Assembly (NCBI GenBank): GCA_964352365.1
Contig: CAYGRX010000001.1
Location: forward strand, 1 to 53,291
Direction: 5' to 3'
Length of the DNA: 53,291 nt
DNA from: an uncultured Rickettsiales bacterium
GTDB lineage: Bacteria > Pseudomonadota > Alphaproteobacteria > Rickettsiales > UBA8987
Part shown: piece after piece, positions 48,286-53,291 of the stretch
Numbering within the stretch: the stretch's first letter is position 1
How the letters are laid out: each line of letters starts with the position of its first letter
Program-made: the position numbers and the translations under genes
Notes under the pieces: model-generated
The model's input: the letters and a program-made list of their open reading frames with translations, nothing else
What the model was told of the DNA's origin: nothing
Databases searched by the model: none

Positions 48286-50301
48286 ATGAAGTTGAAGAGG
48301 CTCGCGGTCAAAAACTTTAGAGGTTTTAAAGATAGGGAAGAGATAGTAATAGATGATTTAACTGCTGTGATAGGCAAAAATGATGTTGGTAAATCAACCA
48401 TTTTGGAAGCCTTGGATATTTTTTTTGGTGAAAACCTAGTTAAAGCAGAGTTTGATGATTTGTGCATAAATTCTCAAGGTGAAAGTCAATTCTACATCGA
48501 GTGTTATTTTGAATGTAGCCCTGAAATGAATATTGTAGTCGATGACTCTGCTGTAACAACCTTGGGTGAAGAGTATTTAATACATTCTATACAAGGGGAG
48601 AGTTTTTTAGTTATTAAAAAAATATTTGAAACTAAAGACGGAAAAATTAAGAAACCAAAAATATCTTTCAAATCAGACCATCCAGTTCACTCTAAATTCA
48701 AGTCTAGCTTATTGTTGTTAAAAATAGAAAAATTAAAAGAAATATTAGAAAAAAATAACATTGGATGCGAAAATAAATCAGTTAAGAAAGAAATTAGAAA
48801 ATCAATATATAATCATTTTAAAAGTGACTATGAGATACAAACTATAGATATTGAAGCTGATAAAAAAGATTCGGAAGCTCTGAATATTTTTAATTTTTTA
48901 TCTAGTTATTTACCAATATATCAATTATTTAGAGCTGACAGAGAGGCTCGGGATACTGACGACCAAGTTCAAAATCCTCTCAGTCTATCTGTAAAGCAAG
49001 CGGTAGAAATATATAAAGAGAAGTTTGAAGATTTAAGTTCTTTAATAAGGACTCATACTGAGCAAGTTACTCAGGAAGTGATCGAGCAAATGAAAGAAAG
49101 TTTTCCAGAGATAATAGATGATAAAGAATTAAGACCAGAGTTAATAGAAAAGAAGTGGGAGGCTATGTTTAAGCCTACTATTAAGGATGAAAATGACTTG
49201 CCTATGAATAAAAGAGGGTCTGGATTTAGAAGATTGGTCTTGTTAAGCTTTTTACAAAACGAAGCTAAGAAAAAGAAACTTAAATCTGCTGGGGAAAGAA
49301 ATGTTATATATGCTCTTGAAGAGCCTGAAACTTTTCAACACCCAAGTAATCAGATAGAAATTTATAAAACTTTAGAAAAGTTGTCCCAAACTGATGACCA
49401 AGTAATAATTACCACTCACAACCCAGCTATTGCGCAGCTTTGTCCAGTTAATAGCATCAGGTATGTGGTTCGTGACTTGAATAACCTCGTTAAAGTTAAA
49501 AGCTCAAGCATAGGTGGTGGAAATGACGAGATAAAAAAAGAGATAGCTAATACACTGGGGGTACTTCCTAATCCATTAGATAATATTGATAACGTTAAGT
49601 TAATAATATGTGTAGAAGGTAGTTCTGACATTTTTGCTTTAAAACATTTTTCAAGATTACTGTTTGATGCCAAAAAAACTAATATTGATTTGAGTGATGG
49701 TGCTAAATATTTAATATTACCATATGCTGGTGATGAGCTTAAAAGTTGGGTTGAACAAGATTACTTATCGAGTTTAAATTTACCCAAGTTTTATCTTTTA
49801 GACTCAGATAAAAAGTCTGAAACTGATTTAATAGATACGGCAAAGAGAGATCATATAGATAAGCTAAACTCTTTGTCACACCATAAAGCTGTGAGTACCA
49901 GAAAAAGAGAGATAGAAAATTATCTTAACTGGCGAACCCTGAAGGGAATGGTTAATGGTGACTACAGCTTATTTAGAGATATTGAAAACAATTATGATTT
50001 TAATGATCTCACAGGGAAATCAGGGATACTAAAAACATTTAAGAATGATATATGCAATTCCGATGTGAGTCTTTTAAACTCAGAGCTTCAATCATCTATA
50101 AAGTCAGAGAAGTTAAGTGTCAAACGAACCACAAATAAATTTTTTATACCTCAAATGAATATAGATGAACTTTTGGAATCATGTAAGTATCAAAAATCAG
50201 GAGCAGAACATTATGAAATCGTTGAGTGGTTTAAAGCAATGGATTCTTTAATCAATGAGTTCGAAAACCAGCTAAATTTAAATAATAGAAGAACTGCTTA
50301 A
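48286..50301 (+). CDS. OLD-family ATP-dependent nuclease (ABC-type ATPase + TOPRIM) with extra C-terminal region
   Basis: MKLKRLAVKNFRGFKD, Walker A GKNDVGKST, NKRGSGFRRL, YALEEPETFQHP, ITTHNP; TOPRIM Glu in LIICVEGSSD and DxD in YLLDSDKK. Confidence 0.8.
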   Translation: MKLKRLAVKNFRGFKDREEIVIDDLTAVIGKNDVGKSTILEALDIFFGENLVKAEFDDLCINSQGESQFYIECYFECSPEMNIVVDDSAVTTLGEEYLIHSIQGESFLVIKKIFETKDGKIKKPKISFKSDHPVHSKFKSSLLLLKIEKLKEILEKNNIGCENKSVKKEIRKSIYNHFKSDYEIQTIDIEADKKDSEALNIFNFLSSYLPIYQLFRADREARDTDDQVQNPLSLSVKQAVEIYKEKFEDLSSLIRTHTEQVTQEVIEQMKESFPEIIDDKELRPELIEKKWEAMFKPTIKDENDLPMNKRGSGFRRLVLLSFLQNEAKKKKLKSAGERNVIYALEEPETFQHPSNQIEIYKTLEKLSQTDDQVIITTHNPAIAQLCPVNSIRYVVRDLNNLVKVKSSSIGGGNDEIKKEIANTLGVLPNPLDNIDNVKLIICVEGSSDIFALKHFSRLLFDAKKTNIDLSDGAKYLILPYAGDELKSWVEQDYLSSLNLPKFYLLDSDKKSETDLIDTAKRDHIDKLNSLSHHKAVSTRKREIENYLNWRTLKGMVNGDYSLFRDIENNYDFNDLTGKSGILKTFKNDICNSDVSLLNSELQSSIKSEKLSVKRTTNKFFIPQMNIDELLESCKYQKSGAEHYEIVEWFKAMDSLINEFENQLNLNNRRTA

Positions 50302-50497
50302 TTAACTCAATCGCCCCCTTCAAAAAAGCAAGTGACATGTACGGGCAAAAATGCTAAATTTTGTTATTATTAATTAGTGATATAGTGCTTTAATTTAGCT
50401 CCAAATAATTGTTGTGGGGGTCTAAATGGGGGTTTAAGTTAAATGACTTTAATAACTAATTGTTTATATTCAGTTGTTTATTTTGTTATTGTGGCTG

Positions 50498-50511
50498 TCT
50501 CCTCACCGCCA
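50498..50511 (+). repeat. candidate attR: imperfect copy of the tRNA-Ser 3' end
   Basis: TCTCCTCA-CCGCCA versus CCTCCTCATCCGCCA at 41385-41399. Confidence 0.3.
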
Positions 50512-50549
50512 GTTCTAGGTCTCTAGATGTCTGGTAAACCCTTAATGTA

Positions 50550-51962
50550 TTGCCATTAACTAAATTATTTCCTTTAAAAGCTATGGATGAAGAAAAATTT
50601 ACTCCCCCATACCCCAAGCCATATAAATCTAAATTAGCTGTTTTTGTTAATATGCCTTTCAATTTAGGCTCACTTATTAATGGATTTATGGAAAAATTTT
50701 ACACCATGAAAATGGGTAAAATAAAATCTCCGAGAACAGATTTCTGGATTGTGAACGACACAGCTTCAGTAAAAAGAATTATGGAGAAGGAGCCTGATAA
50801 CTTCCCCAAAAGCCAGATGTTACATGAAATGTTAGAGCCATTACTTGGTGAAAGTATATTTACTACCAACGGAGATAAGTGGAAAAATCAACGCAAAATG
50901 ATGAATCCGTCATTTACTCATACAAACCTTCGGCGTGTGTTTAACACCATGAATGATGCCGTCTCGGTTTTGATGAGTAATATTGAAGATTGTGATGTTT
51001 CCAAACCAGTTCATATTGATCCACTTATGACGCATGTCACGGCGGATATAATTTTTCGCACAATTTTATCTACGAACCTTTCTAAGGTAGATGCCGCAGA
51101 AGTTCTTGAGTCTTTTGACGTTTTTCAAAAACATTCGCAGATTACCAATGTTTTAAATTTATTTAAGCTTCCAAAAGGATTTAGTGAAAAAAATGTCAAG
51201 AAAGCCTCTTTAAGAATTAGAAATATCTTTGAGCCAATAATAAAGAAACGTTTTGACGAATTTCACAGTGATAAGAACAAAGTTGAGCACCAAGATATTC
51301 TTGATAGTTTACTAAAAGCAAAACATCCTGAAACAGGTGAGTCATTTGGGTTAAAAGAGCTTGTTGATCAAATGGGTATAATGTTTCTCGCAGGTCATGA
51401 AACTTCAGCAACAGCTCTGACCTGGACATTATATCTCATTTCAAAATGTCCACATATGCAACAACAAGCCTTTGAAGAAATTAAACAGAGTGAAATTAAT
51501 GGTAAGATAAGTTTTGAATCTATAAAAAACTTAAAAATACTTAAAAGCGCGTTTATGGAATCTCTGCGCTTATACCCGCCAGTTAGTTTTTTGCCTCGTG
51601 AAGTTAAAAATGATGGAACTTGTATAAGGGATCAAGAATTTGACGCAGGCACAGAAATAGTTATTTCTCCGTGGCTTATTCATCGTAGCTCTAACCATTG
51701 GCAAGATCCTCATTCATTCTGCCCTGCAAGATTTGGGAATGAAGCTCAAGCTGAATCAGTCAAAAACTCATTCATACCATTCGGTAAGGGGCAAAGAGTT
51801 TGCGTAGGTGCTGGTTTTGCTTATCAAGAAGCTTTGTTGATTTTGGCAAACATATTAAGCAAATACAAGGTTGAAAACCCTAAAGGGCAAACTCCTAAAC
51901 CAGTTAGTAGGGCAACTACACGACCTAAAAACGGCATAAAACTAAACTTTGTTAAAAGATAA
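50550..51962 (+). CDS. cytochrome P450 monooxygenase
   Basis: I-helix LAGHETSATALTW, ESLRLYPP (ExxR), heme loop FIPFGKGQRVCVGAGFA. TTG at 50550 or ATG at 50583 as start. Confidence 0.9.
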   Translation: MPLTKLFPLKAMDEEKFTPPYPKPYKSKLAVFVNMPFNLGSLINGFMEKFYTMKMGKIKSPRTDFWIVNDTASVKRIMEKEPDNFPKSQMLHEMLEPLLGESIFTTNGDKWKNQRKMMNPSFTHTNLRRVFNTMNDAVSVLMSNIEDCDVSKPVHIDPLMTHVTADIIFRTILSTNLSKVDAAEVLESFDVFQKHSQITNVLNLFKLPKGFSEKNVKKASLRIRNIFEPIIKKRFDEFHSDKNKVEHQDILDSLLKAKHPETGESFGLKELVDQMGIMFLAGHETSATALTWTLYLISKCPHMQQQAFEEIKQSEINGKISFESIKNLKILKSAFMESLRLYPPVSFLPREVKNDGTCIRDQEFDAGTEIVISPWLIHRSSNHWQDPHSFCPARFGNEAQAESVKNSFIPFGKGQRVCVGAGFAYQEALLILANILSKYKVENPKGQTPKPVSRATTRPKNGIKLNFVKR

Positions 51963-52019
51963 AAAATTAGCATTTTTTATTATATTTTCATGTTTGAAAC
52001 ATTATGTTGAAATTTAAAT

Positions 52020-52301
52020 ATGAGCCAAAAGTTTAAAGGTGAAACTAAGGGTGAGATCAAAGCTTCTATAATAGAACGAGGAGTAAATAGTTTGTTAGCT
52101 AATTTGAAACATTTAAAATCAGCTAGCGATGCAGATGAAATAGCTCTACTTAACGAAGCGTGTTTAACAAGACTGGTTAAAGATATACCAAGAAAAACTT
52201 TTTCAAATCATAATGAAAGAAAAGCAATAATAGGTGCTGTTAAGCCAAGATATGTAAAAACCCATATAGTAAAGCTTTTGGAGGTAATTACATTTGAATA
52301 G
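52020..52301 (+). CDS. 93-aa hypothetical protein
   Basis: ORF only; no family recognised. Confidence 0.35.
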   Translation: MSQKFKGETKGEIKASIIERGVNSLLANLKHLKSASDADEIALLNEACLTRLVKDIPRKTFSNHNERKAIIGAVKPRYVKTHIVKLLEVITFE

Positions 52302-52368
52302 ATTCTATTAAAATAGCAAATGCGCTACTCTATGAACCAGAAAACAACGCTACGAGAGATATTAGATT

Positions 52369-53291
52369 TTAATAACTCTCTAAGCTATTCATAAACTCTC
52401 TAGATTGTGCAACTATATCTTCTATCTCCTTATGATCTTTCTTTTTTAAGTTTAAATAAGGAAATTTCATCCTCATATTATTTTTTAATTTATCTTGGTT
52501 CTTGATAATAAAATTCCAATATAAATAATTAAAAGGGCAGGCGTCAGCGCCTAAATTTTTGCTAGGTTTATATTTGCATCCTTTGCAATAGTTTGACATT
52601 CTATTAATATATTTTCCACTTGCCGCATAAGGTTTGGAGCCTACCAAGCCTCCATCAGCATAAATCGCCATTCCATGAGTATTTGGAAGCTCCACCCACT
52701 CAAACGCATCTATGTAAACCGACATATACCATTCATTTACTTCATCAGGGTGAATGCCCGCTAGCAAGGCAAAATTACCTGTAATCATTAACCTTTGTAT
52801 ATGGTGGGAATATGCGTTACGTCTGGTCTGACCAATTACCTTTTTCATGCAATTCATATCAGTTTTGCTTTCATCCCAGAAAAAATCTGGCAATTTATTT
52901 TTTGCTTCTAAATAGTTTTTTTTCTTATATTCAGGCATAAAATGCCAATACACACCCCTTATAAATTCTCGCCAGCCAATAATTTGTCGTATAAAGCCCT
53001 CGGCTGAATTTATTTCGCATTCTCCATTTTTATATGCCTTTTCTACTTTTTTGCAGCATTCCAGAGGATCGAGCAAGCCAACATTAATATACATCGAAAT
53101 AATTGAGTGGAAGCCTAGCTCTAAATCATTGCGCATTGCATCTTGATATTCACCAAACTTCGCTAGCCTATTATTTAAAAAATCTTCAAAAGAATCTTCT
53201 GCGTGTTCCTTTGTCACCGCAAACCTAAAATTATCTGAATCACCAAAGTTTTTTGGAAACTTAGACTCTACTAATTTAATAACCTCTTTTT
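52369..53291 (-). CDS. Fe-S bacterial cryptochrome/photolyase (FeS-BCP, PhrB/CryB-like), 5' end outside window
   Basis: GWREFIRGVYW, SHHIQRLMITGNFALL, and four Cys in the FeS-BCP pattern (DMNCM, NYCKGC, ACPFN). The reading frame stays open to the window edge. Confidence 0.85.
   Translation of the reverse strand, partial: KEVIKLVESKFPKNFGDSDNFRFAVTKEHAEDSFEDFLNNRLAKFGEYQDAMRNDLELGFHSIISMYINVGLLDPLECCKKVEKAYKNGECEINSAEGFIRQIIGWREFIRGVYWHFMPEYKKKNYLEAKNKLPDFFWDESKTDMNCMKKVIGQTRRNAYSHHIQRLMITGNFALLAGIHPDEVNEWYMSVYIDAFEWVELPNTHGMAIYADGGLVGSKPYAASGKYINRMSNYCKGCKYKPSKNLGADACPFNYLYWNFIIKNQDKLKNNMRMKFPYLNLKKKDHKEIEDIVAQSREFMNSLESY

Larger units (their letters stand above)
41400..50511 (+). mobile_element. 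~9.1-kb P4-type integrative genomic island inserted at the 3' end of tRNA-Ser
   Basis: Integrase immediately downstream of the tRNA, then AlpA-like and DUF3987-like genes. An imperfect copy of the tRNA 3' end lies at 50498-50511. A 25-nt GGGGGT repeat sits near both ends. Confidence 0.7.

Overview
Strongly AT-rich Gram-negative chromosome segment. Gene content and the 16S tail fit an alphaproteobacterium with a partly eroded, Rickettsiales/Holosporales-like genome, but that placement is inference. The window opens with the last ~54 nt of a 16S rRNA that is not followed by spacer tRNAs or 23S. Most of the 53 kb is housekeeping: proB, ftsA, truA, lnt, recJ, gmk, kdsA, thiC, mfd, mraZ-rsmH-ftsL-ftsI and three tRNAs. 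Accessory content sits in four places. (i) A ~9.1-kb P4-type integrative island at tRNA-Ser(UGA), 41.4-50.5 kb. It carries an integrase, an AlpA-like regulator, a DUF3987-like protein, a stand-alone OLD-family ATPase/TOPRIM nuclease, three opposite-strand genes with no recognisable family, and a GC-enriched ~430-nt non-coding spacer. This is my best candidate for an undescribed, defence-type module. (ii) Two integrase-less cassettes stacked beside tRNA-fMet and delimited by direct repeats of the tRNA 3' end. One holds a BMT5/DUF2431-like methyltransferase translationally coupled to an AlkB-like dioxygenase that is interrupted by a stop. The other holds a convergent pair of Hsp20 genes with identical CTTGAAA-N16-CTAAATA promoters, one of them bearing a signal peptide. 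(iii) A tight gshB / phytochelatin-synthase-like / T. ferrooxidans-type gshA operon. (iv) A degraded stretch between thiC and a PagP-like gene, where GC-rich palindromes flank trypco2-like and GIY-YIG pseudogenes. Five accessory genes carry a single in-frame stop or frameshift. I saw no CRISPR array, transposase or riboswitch. All family assignments come from reading motifs in the supplied translations; no database search was run.
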